A stretch of DNA of 42,177 bases, taken from NCBI GenBank assembly GCA_002633005.1, contig NMRA01001186.1, positions 1 through 42,177 on the forward strand, in the 5' to 3' direction. The first letter of the stretch is position 1, and every line of letters starts with the position of its first letter. The DNA comes from Phoronis australis. Lineage: Eukaryota > Animalia > Phoronida. The notes beneath the pieces are model-generated. The model worked only from the letters and a program-made list of their open reading frames with translations. It made no database searches and was not told where the DNA came from. A program made the translations under genes and the position numbers. Shown in pieces: positions 11,211-22,774 of this stretch.

Positions 11211-12941
11211 TTACTTGGCGGAATTGCTCTGACAGCAAGTTTTTTACTTGGCGGAATTCTTCCGCCAAGTATGTTGCTCTGACAGCAAGTTTTTTGTTTG
11301 TTCGCTCTCTACAGGTCGCAATTTTCGTCCGATTGTCACGAAATTTGCATAGAACGTGTAGATCGGGAATCACTGGAACGCTATCGTTTTTGGTCATGAT
11401 CGGATACAAAATGGCGGACGTGGCGGCCATTTTGTATCCGATTTCACAGTCAAATACTCGTAGAGGCCGCATTTTTTGACCTACATGGCTGAAAATCGGT
11501 ACGAATATACTAGAACGCATGTGTGAATCGTTGACTTCCGGTTAAAGATGGCGAAAATATTGGACGTGGCGCATGCGCACCCCGAAATATGGCTAAAAAC
11601 GTTTTCTCCTGTAGAGGGCGCAATTGCAAACCAATCATTTTCAAACTGGTCACGTGTTTGTTGAGTTTAATAAGCTTTTATAAAAAATTATTGAACCGGA
11701 AGTCACCTTCAAGAACCAATCACTTTCAAACTGGTCACGTGTTTGTTGAGTTTAATATGCTTTTATAAAAAATTATTGAACCGGAAGTCACCTTCAAGAT
11801 GGCGGCTGTGGGCATGTTCACACGGTTTCAATCGCTCTGGTGTCGCATTTTTTATGGGAAGAGCAAATGACGTGAATTTTTGCATGTGGATTCCTTGAAG
11901 TATGGCCTTTCAAAAAGATTACGAGAGCGTATTTCTCAGACTTACCGTTTTCGAGTTATTTGACTTTGAATTTCAAAAAAGAACGGCAAATTTTCGATTT
12001 TCTCGAAAAATTTTTGGATTTTTGCCAAACTACCACTTTTGATAGAGATTTGAATGGGCTTTCAGATGATATTTTCCATTTTGCGCTACGACGTCTACTT
12101 TTTGAATTATTCGAGATTTTCGGATACCGTTGTTCCTATGCAAGCGCGCAGGTGGCTGGCTTTCAGTTCATTTTGTTTTGGTTATGCCTAGTTGACCCAG
12201 ACTGACCCAGCCAGCACTGTCCTACTGTAAAGCANGGTGGCTGGCTTTCAGTTCACTTTGTTTTGGTTATGCCTAGTTGACCCAGACTGACCCAGCCAGC
12301 ACTGTCCTACTTTAAAGCATGGCTCATCCGTCATGTTGCGCCATCTATTGTTCTTTATTGTAGTTTATTGTATGCTCTCTATTTGATTTTTTGCTAGTCA
12401 CATGAATGTTATCGTGTTTGACTAACTACCACTTTAGATAGAGTTTTGAACGGGCTTTCAGATGATAATTTCCATTTTGCGCTACGACGTCTACTTTTTG
12501 AATTATTCGAGATTTTGGGATACCGTTGTTCCTTCGGTCACGTATGCACTCAGCTGGCTAGCTTTCAGTTCACTTTGTTTTGGTTATGTCTGCATAAGTT
12601 AACAGAGAGTTGTGACCCCGACTGACCCAGGTAGCACTGTCGTACTGTAGACTGGAATTCCAGGCGAAATACTATTGTAAACATAACTTTGCTCTGCAGA
12701 CTGTCACATAGTGCCACCTATTTTGGATTGCGGGAACAAAGCATGGCTCGTCTGTCATGTTGCGCTATCTATTGTTCTTTATTGTAGTTCATTATATGCT
12801 CTCTATGTGATTTCTCCGCTAGTCACATGAATGTTACCGTGTTATTCATTATTGTCGCCTTGATCGTCATGATTGTCGTCGCCCTCCCCATTGTCGTCTT
12901 TCGATTAATTCCGCCAAGTGTCGCTCCTCAGAGCGCTCTCG
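11211..12941 (+). mobile_element. Helentron-associated non-autonomous element, family B copy 2, with internal tandem duplications
   Basis: 5' hairpin ACTTGGCGGAA-TTC-TTCCGCCAAGT; 3' subterminal repeat TTCCGCCAAGT, stem-loop CGCTC-CTCA-GAGCG, then a T-run; internal 85-bp duplication 11629-11798 and a longer repeat (~12040 vs ~12438). Confidence 0.7.
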
Positions 12942-13496
12942 TTTTAAGTTTAACAGTGGTGTTTTAGGAGATTTAATTGAAAGATATCATGAAAATTAGA
13001 AAATATTTCTTTGTGTTATATGATGGTTGGAAGACTACAATAGTCCATATCTCTATGCCATAAAGAAATCTTGTTGAAGAAACGTAGTGACACAAATATA
13101 CACATCTCCATGGTGCATGCGGACACAGTGAAATAGGCCTACCCTCCACTATACGAAAAATGACCCATATAAACTCAACTTGGAAACACCAGCCACTCGC
13201 ATGTGGAAATCCTGCTGTTTCTTGTCAAAGTAATTATATGCATTTACTAAGGTATTCACAAGTGGTACTTATTCTCTTACTTCACATTTTTTGACGTGAC
13301 AAAACGGTAGGATTGTCATTTTCGAGTTCTTTTATTGGCATTTAATGATTCTTTATTGTTGTTGAACTTAGGTCAGGCCAAAATTTGGGACCCATTCAAC
13401 CTCATGTTTACTGACTTTCTAAAACCGCTCTGAGGTGGTGGCGTATTACAACTATTATTAAAATCTTTTGGTCTATTTACACCGACCTCTAGTCTG

Positions 13497-13552
13497 TATA
13501 CACTGTCACAATGTTTCGGTCGGTCTATTCGCCGGCCGTCATCAGGTGTTCC
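13497..13552 (-). ncRNA. Minimal type I hammerhead-ribozyme-like motif (probably degenerate)
   Basis: - strand reads AACAC-CTGATGA-C-GGCCGG-CGAATAGA-CCGACC-GAAAC-ATTGTGACA-GTGT: conserved core boxes and stem II present, canonical NUH triplet not evident. Confidence 0.45.
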
Positions 13553-13590
13553 CGCGTTCTTAGAAAAACACCACTACACCACGGAGTCAT

Positions 13591-13672
13591 GACTCCGTGG
13601 TGTAGTGGTTAAGGTGCTGGACTCTAATTATCTGTAGTTTCAGAAGTCGTGGGTTCAAATCTTGCCTAGGAC
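13591..13672 (+). pseudogene. tRNA-derived sequence (Pol III A and B boxes), not an intact tRNA
   Basis: A box TGGTGTAGTGG and B box GGTTCAAATC; T-arm pairs with G-U wobbles but the acceptor stem does not pair; loosely resembles intron-containing tRNA-Arg(TCT). Confidence 0.55.
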
Positions 13673-15324
13673 AAAAAATCACACCGTGAGTGTACCACAT
13701 ATCCGTGCTCGTTCTTCTAAGAACGCGGGAACACCTGTCGATGGCCGGAGAATAGACCAACCGAAACGTCGTGACAGAGTAAATAGACTAGAGGTCAGTG
13801 TAAATAGACCAAGAGATTTTAAAAATAGTTGTCTCATGCTTACTGTTAGGTATAGTGAAGTATACTGCAGTTGCAACTTCACTCCAGCCTCGCTATATCC
13901 CAATAAGTACTGTGTTGTAATTTTATTGAGTGCTTTAAATGTCAAGTATCAAACAGTTGCTCTGATTTTAAAATCAAAGTTTTAACTTGTCTTATTTCAT
14001 ATCTTGATTCTCAAAAACCTACATGTCCCAGACTGTTTAGGAGCTGTTTCAATTAAATGCAAGTGCTAGTTGAAAGCATTCTTAGAATGTGCTCACCAAA
14101 TGGCACCATAAAAGCAGCTGGACAGATTGTGGCAAACAATTTATGGTTGCAACTGGGATGTCCCCAACCTCAACAAACTCCAACCTCTTGAAATGTTTAT
14201 CTAAAACATGCTTTATCAGTTAGTTGTCAAGGTTACGAACTTAAGCGGCCTTTTCAAACTGCCTGTAACTAAAGGACTTACAATACAGCTGGTTTGGTAA
14301 GACTGTACACTGAACTTAATGTAGATATATGCAGTATAATATTTGATTTCATTCAACAAGAAATAATTACTTCATAAGCATTCAGTCAAAGTTGGAAAAA
14401 TCTTTCAATTTTGAGTAAAATTTTAATTAAAATTGCTGGGTTTTTTATTATTCCTGACCATCTGTTCATTATTAATCTCACTGCAATGATGGGAAACCCC
14501 CATTTCAGTTGATACTTCGTATCATGGTGATGACAAAATGAATTCATGGATCATCCTTATCATTATTCATAGTTAAGTAATAAGAAATTTCATAAATTAT
14601 TCTAACTGGTGAAAAGACGTGCATGAAAATTATATCAATCGTGCGTTAAAATGTGAATTTTTGTGAAACATCATGTACCATTCATAGGAATTCAGAAATG
14701 GTTTATAAGAATTGGATTTAATTAGATTTGTTTGCAAGCTACGAGTTACATTTCTTTTCCAATCAATGTGGAATTTACACAAAACGTGTATCGTGAGTAG
14801 CTCGAAGCCTATTGTATTTGGTTGAAATCAGACGCAAGATGGCACTGTAGATACCATTTTTCGCTGTCTTGGTTTGCGGAGCCATAGATTTACAGGTTCT
14901 ATAATTTTTCTGATTTCTTTTTAGGGGAAAAATCATTTAAATGACCATAAGAAGTGTCCAATTTGTTTTTTTCCTTAGGACTTACTGTTTTGGAGTTATT
15001 CAAAATTTTCCGGCGACTGCTAGATAATCGAATCAATTTTTGTTCGGCATCTCTGGCAACACTTGCCGTATCTTTCTTGAAGCCAGTATATAGATAGTGC
15101 TATCTGCATTGTGCCATCCATTTCACACTATAACCTACCTTTTTCGAGATATTCAAGATTTACTAGCCACATGAATGTTGTTCTGTCGACTTACTGGTAC
15201 TTTTAGCTGCACTTCGGTCGCCTATTATATTCGTGACAGAGATTGTTTGTCTGATTGACATTGATTTACTTAGTGTTTATCTAGTCAAAAGCGCGAGCAC
15301 TGGTTTGTGGATGAACATGTACAT

Positions 15325-16505
15325 CAATTTTCAATCGTTAGAATGGTTTGGTTAATAGAGAGATCGATGCCAAAAAAACAGACTCAAAAACAGTAAAAAT
15401 GGCCATGAGGTGGCGCAAAATACCTCAAATCCATCAGAAAACGGCAGGATAGCGTCACCGTACCAATACGATGTCTACATTTCAAATTTTTCGAAACTCT
15501 GTTGAGCATCCTTGAATATACAGAGGTAAACATAAAAACTAAAATTGCCACTGGGGGTTGTAACGGTAGTCCGATTCATGCAAAAGTCATCATCATTTGT
15601 TGTCAACATCGCATAAATGTACTTGCAACATTAAGTAAAAGATCCTACTAATGGCTTAGAAGATTCAGCCATGGGTGCAAAANGGTGGATGCCAAAAACA
15701 GACTCGAAAACAGTAAAAATGGCCATGAGGTGGCGCAAAATACCTCAAATCCATCAGAAAACGGCAGGATAGCGTCACCGTACCAATACGATGTCTATAT
15801 TTCAAATTTTTCGAAACGCTGTTGAGGACCCTTGAATATACAGAGGTAAATGTAAAAACTAAAATTGCCACTGGGGGGCGTAACGGTAGTCCAATTCATG
15901 CAAAAGTCATCATCATTTGTTGTCAGCATCGCATAAATGTACTTGCAACATTAAGTAAAAGATCCTACTATTGGCTTAGAAGATTCAGCCATGGGTGCAA
16001 AAAAACTGCAACTAGGAGGCGCCACAGTTCTCGAAGTCGTCGGAAAATCGTCGTCAGCCGCACTCAACACAGTAAGAACATATCCGTCAATTTTCAAAAT
16101 CATCCCCAGAGCGGTTTGGTTGATAAAAGGGCGGATGCCAAAAACAGACTTGAAAACAATAAAAATGGCCACCAGGTGACGCAAAGTACCTCAAATACCT
16201 TTGAAAATGGGAGGATGGCATCATCTCACTAATAGATGCCTAACTGCAAAATTTTATGAAAATCCATTGAAAACATTCAAAGATACAGAGGTAAGCGTAA
16301 AAAATTAATATTGCCACTAGGGGGCACACTGGTAGTTGGAGAGGTCCGAAATTCATTGTCATCTGTCGTCAGCTTGATATGAACACACACCTGCCAAATC
16401 TCATCCAGATCCTGTGAGGGGTTTAGGAGATACAGCTGAGGATGCCCGATGCCCAGACAGAGATGACAGCAATATGCGACCACATATAAATATGTGGGCC
16501 CATAA
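15325..16505 (-). mobile_element. Helentron-associated element, family A copy 2 (3'-truncated; contains a duplicated block at the N join 15683)
   Basis: Reverse complement of the family A 5' end (GCGACCACATATAAATATGTGGGCCCATAAAA, ~16477-16508) and the same internal units. Confidence 0.7.
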
Positions 16506-16830
16506 AAATAAAATTGATGAGTTTCTAGACATCTAGCCTACTATATTTTAATCTCTAACAATAAGACACTCACAGAAAAGATGAGTCTTAAAGTGAAAGC
16601 GAGGCCACAAGGCAGATCTATCTTGTGGCGAAAATGAAAGCATAGAAGCCCTGACATTAAACTTGTCATTGTGCCTTTTCTCACCCGTTTCAAAGGGGTG
16701 GGGGGTGCAAAATGGAAATTATTATCTATTCTGGGCTTGAGATTCGTTGGCAGGACAAGACCATAGCAACCGTGATGACTATGATCACATTGGTGGATTA
16801 CAGTACCACAACATGATGAGCATAGCCACA

Positions 16831-17114
16831 ATGATTCGGGGTGTACCCAGACCCTGAGAAAAAAATCCACAACAAACTTTTATGAGTACACCGAAAATGA
16901 TTTGGAGTGTACTCAGAGCCTGAGAGCAGAATACACCAACACATATAAGTACACCCAAAACGGTTGGGGGTGTACCCAGAGCTTCAAAACTGAATACACA
17001 AACACAATTTTATGAGTACCCCGAAAATGATTTGGGGTGTACTCAGAGCCTGAGAGCTGAATACACAAACACAATTTTGAGTACATACAAAATGGTTTGG
17101 GTTGTACCCAAGCC
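16831..17114. repeat. Minisatellite, ~65-bp unit x ~4.3 (alternating ~130-bp dimer)
   Basis: Recurring ATGATTTGGGGTGTAC(C/T)CAGAGC...GAATACACAAACAC...GAGTAC units. Confidence 0.8.
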
Positions 17115-18164
17115 AGACCAGATGAACTCGCGTCATGCAAGGCCATTCAGGTATACCCTAAACTTGACATGACTGTGAGCTCTTTCACAAGGCTACCTGA
17201 AACCCTGCACAATTTATTTTTTTTATCAATTGTTCATTTCCATGATAAAAGTTCATTTGAAATAATAACATGTTTTATGCAGTTGTCACTTCTACTTTAG
17301 TAACAAAGAGTTGAAAGATAAGAATCTTAGAACTAGATAACAAACAGAGGTCAAAGGCTAATTTTTATGATGTTCACTTGCATGAAATTCCCGCATTAAC
17401 TAACCACTGTCCACTCATATTATCTGTAGAAAATATATGACGTTCTCCTCGTTTGAGGCATTTGTTGGCATGTATTAAGTTTGACTTGCTGAGGCTCTTC
17501 TGACACACTCTGTTGTGTCAGACCTTTAATGACTGCCATGACTGTCATATCACGCCGCTTGTTAAGGTCAACTTGTTCCACCGAATGCAGTCTAACATCG
17601 CTGTTAATCCTATTATTAATATTTGTATGCTACACTGGACCCTACCCCAATAGGAATTTTGTCCTTAGTGTTAAATAAATTAGACAGTTTTAGAGATTTG
17701 AATGTTAATACATTACTTAAGTTAACACAATAATAATTCACCAATTTGTTGAGTTTTCGTTGAGCAATCTTGGCATAAAAACCAACACAAGAGTATTTTT
17801 AAATGCTTGTAGTTAGTTTTGTCAAGCCGGTTTAAATCCGTGGTTCTTTTTATTAACATTTACTCCTCATCCATGTGTTTGTGGCTTTGGGTTTGTGAGC
17901 CATATGTTGTTAGGTGTGTAAGCAGTGTTCTGTGAATGTGGGCATGAATTTGTGAGTCAGTTAATGAGTTTATAGATCTGTGTTAATTTAGTATGCCAGT
18001 CCTGTTGTCAGGTAAGAGCCTGAACTAAAATCTAGATTAGAATCAATGATAAATAAATAAATAAATCATTATGGATTCTGTGTCGAAACAGTATCTGATT
18101 CATTTATTTGTCTGCTTAATCTTTAAAATATTGTGTTGCTATGGTTACCTGTTTTCTTTTTCAG

Positions 18165-18232
18165 CATTTTCTGGGACTATGCTCAGTGTTTATTTATGGA
18201 TGAGATTGTATACCTTCACTGTCATCAACAGC
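18165..18232 (+). CDS. SGSM1: Small G protein signaling modulator 1/2-like (RUTBC), internal exon A
   Basis: ttttcag acceptor and gtaagt donor; encodes IFWDYAQCLFMDEIVYLHCHQQ, matching the SGSM1/2 WDYA...EIVYLHCHQQ segment; phase joins the next exon (C+CT = Pro). Confidence 0.92.
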
Positions 18233-18424
18233 GTAAGTACAGAGTTTGTCAATAGGGTGCGCTCACTGCCAGCAAAAACCAGCTGTCTTTGAGTTTTCTG
18301 TTTTCAAACTGTAGGAGGTCTCTTGCTATTCATGATACTAACTTGGCTTTTTATCTGGCAGGTACATTTTTTTTCTCAACGGACAGCAGTCATCTGGACT
18401 GTGTGCTATTGTGTGGCGTAGTTT

Positions 18425-19320
18425 TGTTTTTACGCTCTCACATATTGTCACCTGTTCGGGTGGCTACTTGATATATCAAAAACACCTGGTTGGATCTTGA
18501 TGAAATTTGGCACAAATGTGAAGGACGTCACTGAAACAATGCATGCCACTTTTCAATATGCCTTACTCCCCAGGGCAAGAGAGGCGGGGCTTTTCATTGC
18601 TTCTTAGGGGAAGAGTGTTTCTAGATGATATTTAGAGAACCGATGCAGATTTCATTGACATATAGGTATGTGACAGCATTGCACTGGTAACAGTCGATTT
18701 TCGGGCAGTTGTGGATACTGCAGCACATCCTAGTGGCCAATTTGTCCAGCTGTCCTGTTGTCTGCTCGATATCGCAAAAACCCCTAGTCATGTTTTGAAG
18801 TTTGGCACAAGGGTGAAGGGCATCGCTAAGGCGGTGCATGCCACTTTTCAGTTTTCCCAGTCCCAGAGGGCAATGCTTTTCTGTATTTTTGGGAATATTG
18901 TTTCTTTATGACGTAAAGAACTAATGAGCGTATTTCAATGTTACTTGACACATAGTTAAGTGACAACATTCCGCTTGCACTGGTCCAGTTTCGAGTAGAT
19001 TTATTCAGTGCAGAGCCCTCTGTTGCCATTTTGGCCTAGACAAGGGGCTTTTTCAGTACTCTTGGGTAGAAGAGCATTAATCTGAATGATATCTATAGAA
19101 GTGATTGATGGATTTTAATGAATCTTGACACAGAGGTATGGGGTAGCAATGTGCTAGCACCAGTCGATTTTCAGACGCATTTGATTGCTGCAGCACCATC
19201 TAGTAGATTGTTACTCTTTTTTGAGTGTATGATGTCTAGAAAACCAACTGAAGGATTTTAAAGTTGACACAGAGGTATGTGGTGGCAATACTTATTTAAA
19301 CCATTTATTTGGTGCTGCTA
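18425..19320 (+). repeat. Diverged tandem-structured interspersed repeat (HINE-like), boundaries approximate
   Basis: Repeated GAA(A/G)TTTGGCACAA...TGCATGCCACTTTTCA and CAGTCGATTTTC...CTGCAGCAC units. Confidence 0.4.
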
Positions 19321-19714
19321 ATGAATGCAAAAATGAAAAAAGCAGTGTCATAGATTGGTGAGTAGTTATTGTATTGGGAACGTGAATGTCTGGAAATGTA
19401 GGTTACAGTGAGACGGTGACCCAAATGTTTGCGACTTCAAAATAAGATAAAACAAGTTTTGGACTTAACACACCAGGATTATTACTTTTAGTCCCTGCTG
19501 AGAGACAGTACATGGCATAGAAAACTAAAAGACATTACCAACTGACGCCTTATTCCAAAACTTGGTATTATTTCTTCTGTCTAACACAAAATTGAAACAA
19601 AACCAAACTGGACATTGAAATACGTCTGTGTCCCCACTAAATACTGACGGTAAGCTGTACATACATAATCTCAGTTCAGTATTGTTGTGTATTCAACATT
19701 GTTTACTCTTTCAG

Positions 19715-19879
19715 CTGACTGTGGTGGCACCATTGTCCTTGTGGGTCAAGATGGAGTCCAACGCTCACCTATCCACTTCCCCAAAGGAGGCCACCTGCTG
19801 GCCTTTCTGTCTTGTCTGGAGACAGGCCTGCTTCCCCACGCTCAGTTGGACCCCCCACTGTGGTCTCAGAAAGGCAAAG
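19715..19879 (+). CDS. SGSM1: SGSM1/2-like internal exon B
   Basis: ctttcag acceptor and gtgagt donor; encodes [54 protein letters not shown], the hallmark SGSM1/2 segment. Confidence 0.95.
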
Positions 19880-21443
19880 GTGAGTCACTGGATACACTGA
19901 CTTTTTAGCGGTTTGTCAGAATGCATGAAGAATTTGCGCGTGGACTTTAACCATCGCCCAGAATCTAATCTCCAAACTCACAGTCAAACTCAAATTGCTT
20001 TTGACATGTTCCATTCTGCTCTGATACGCTGTAACGGTCGGTTGTAATGTACCCCAATTTTGTGAACCAGTTTTCTCCACTGAAGAACGGGCATCAAACT
20101 GGTTCTCAACTATTGCCGTAATACATTATGGTTTGCGTAAGTGAGTTTTGCTCCAAGTTAGCACTTGGTGACTCCTATATTCAAGTTACAAACTTGAGTA
20201 TAAACTTGAGATGGTGAGTAAAGACTCAAAATTTTGAGCTCAAACTCAAACTTCTAGCGTTAATGCTGGAGTCATCAAATGCAAACTAAGGCTAGACAGT
20301 CATCCAGGTAAACTTCATCATTCTTTAGCAAAGAATAATGAAGATTCATCTCGTATTAATGTAGAACCAAAAATGTCAAATATGTTTTCGAATACGATTT
20401 CGAGTACAACAGTTAGACTCCCAGGCTCTAATATATGTTGAATAATTTCTAGGTTTTCTTGTTGAGATACCTTAAATTGTTTGTGTATTGCAACTCTTGC
20501 CAAGTGAGTACTTGGAAAAAGTTGCAGTTTTTGGTTTTGGTTGTTTGTGGAGCCGCAACTGCACTTTATGCCCTAACAAATCAATAGCCTGGGTTGTTTT
20601 CAACAGTGGGAAACTTCAGTTTCACAGTCTTTAGTGCAGTGAATCCCACTGTGATAGGTAATTGCTGCAACAAATTGCTGAGCGTGAAATCTGGGCCAGG
20701 AGAGTTAGAGCTTTAATGTACTACCCTGCGTCACTTGAGGAAAAGGGCACTCTATAATTCAAACATGATGCAATGAATTTTGTTTAATATTTGCTCACTT
20801 ACTTTTCATTACATGGGTTCCAAGCCAACTGCAACGTACATGACCTAATTAGGATGCAACAATATGGCCCATAGCTGAAATTGTTTTACTTTTTGAGAAG
20901 TTATATACAATATTGATACTTTACGGTGTTCAAATTTCGTATGTTATGTACCGTCACACAAAATTTTCAAAACTTCTGGGCACTCGCAACAATGTAAATC
21001 TGGAAAAATGAGAAAAGGTCAATTTTGGTAATTGTTCTTGTATGACATTGGTGAGGTTTTACAGCACACAAATTGATTTGGTTGCAACAAACGTCAGCCA
21101 CTGCGAATATGTCAGAACGGTTTATTGTAGCGTGATATGTTGAATTTTGTTGTACACTTTGAATTGCGAATTAAGTGACTGCAGTTTAAAAAATTGCTAT
21201 TGAAGTCACCTCAAGTATTTATACATTTGTCGACTTCACTGTCTTGAATACAACAATCCTTGTAAAGAAACTTTCATTTGATTGTTTTGCTTGCTCCCCC
21301 ATCTCTTGGTATGAATTCACACTTACATTTTGATTGGTGTTATCATTCATTCTGTTGCTAATGTGTGAAAATATTATTTGTAAACTTGTGGTGGAATTAT
21401 AGAGCTGTGGTCGTTTTTTTCTACCATGTCTGATAACCATTAA

Positions 21444-22774
21444 AGGCGAAGGCAACCTTTTTTCATGTCACTTTTAGCAAAAATAAGTTTCGTTGATTAT
21501 CCCAGACACATTTTTCACTTAATTACAGCTTTTTGTAATTTGATTAATTTCTCGTCCTCTACTCCGGAAGTGACGTTTTGGGAGGCAAGAGTTTTGCGCC
21601 AATTTCTTTTCATTGTAGTCTGACTGTGAGGGCTGTCGAGTCAGTCATTTTTCTACCTTGGTTGTAATAAGTTCGGTCGTCGTTTGCTTTTGTTTACAAG
21701 TCAGTCAACATGCCACGCTGTTGCTGCGTGCCGGATGTACTCATTATCGTCTCACACGTGCTTTGGGTACGGTGCGTCGCTTTCCGAAGGATGACACACT
21801 TCGCCGTACTTGGCTAGCTTGTTCATGTGAAGAACGCAGTGCTACCTGTCCGCGCAACGTACAAAGCAGTGAAGGGTTACCGAGTGTGTGGCAAGCATTT
21901 TCTGCTGTCAGATTACGACAAAGATATGTACGCTGAATTGATGAAGGTCCCTGCGAAATAACGCCTGAAGAAGGGTACAATACCGTCGCTGTTGATTCCC
22001 GGCAGTGCCCCGTCGCCAACCCCGAGAAGTGCGGTTTTGAAGCGAGAAGCCTCGCGAGCTGTGGCCACTATATACAGTGACTGGAGGCACTTCATCTACT
22101 GTCGCCTGTGCCTCCGAACGTACCCCATTGCGTGCAATTCCGGGAACTATCAGTGATTTGCCCTGTGCTGTTGTCCCTAACCCAGAGCCTGTAAGCAGCC
22201 CTGCAGCGATGTTGAGTAGTGGGAGTGAATACAGGCCCAGTTCGACACCCAGTGAAGAGGACAGTTCATCACTCAATGAACAGATCGGTGAGCCTAAGTT
22301 TGATAAGTTTAATGTGGACTTGTATTGGAGCTATTTAGAAGGTGCCAGGTGTGTGGCTAGGATCGAGTCACAGGGCGGGATCTAAGCAGTTTGGGTGCTC
22401 AGATCACCCCCCAGTGGGAGTGTGTCGCGGGACACTCGGGCAAGTGGGACAGTTCTTCCTCTGTACGTGAGACGATAATGAGTACACCCTAGTACGCAGT
22501 AACAGCGTGGTTGACTGACTCGTAAGCAAAAGCTAACGACAACCGAACTTATCACAACCGAGGTAGAACAATGACCGACTCGACTGCTCTCACAGTCAGA
22601 CTATATGAAAAGAAATTGGTGCGAAATTCTTGCCTCCCAAAACGTCACTTCCGGAGTAGACGACGAGTAATTAATTGAATAACGAAAAGCAGTAAATAAG
22701 TGAAAAATATGCCTCGTATAATCAACGAACCTTATTTTTGCTAAAACTGACATGAAAAAAGGTTGCCTTCGCCT
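21444..22774 (+). mobile_element. Kolobok-type DNA transposon, internally deleted, ~315-bp imperfect TIRs
   Basis: TTAA at 21440-21443 and 22775-22778; termini AGGCGAAGGCAACC...GGTTGCCTTCGCCT (RR..YY); THAP remnant inside. TTAA TSD, RR/YY ends and THAP together fit Kolobok rather than piggyBac. Confidence 0.85.
21710..22000 (+). pseudogene. THAP (C2CH) domain transposase N-terminus, disrupted
   Basis: Reconstructed MPRCCCVP/GCTHYRLT..RRFPKDDTLRRTWLA/..YRVCGKHF..*RLKKGTIPSL; two frameshifts and one stop. Confidence 0.85.

Larger units (their letters stand above)
13448..13832. mobile_element. Inverted-repeat element with tRNA-like core and hammerhead-like arms (Penelope-like/SINE-like)
   Basis: Arms ~13448-13566 and ~13714-13832 are inverted copies; each has CTGANGA-like...stem...GAAAC; central perfect 40-bp palindrome 13570-13609. 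Confidence 0.6.

Noticed and set aside
11041-11520. 159-aa and 125-aa overlapping ORFs
   Set aside because: Lie largely in the family B repeat, have no recognisable domain, and are not conserved in frame in the other copy
12151-12319. 84-bp tandem duplication (and the ~320-bp one around 15683) as biological repeats
   Set aside because: Both are centred on single-N contig joins, so likely assembly overlaps
13591-13672. Functional tRNA gene (apparent CTA anticodon, i.e. a suppressor)
   Set aside because: Acceptor stem does not pair, there is no T-run terminator directly after it, and it is embedded in a repeat; treated as tRNA-derived
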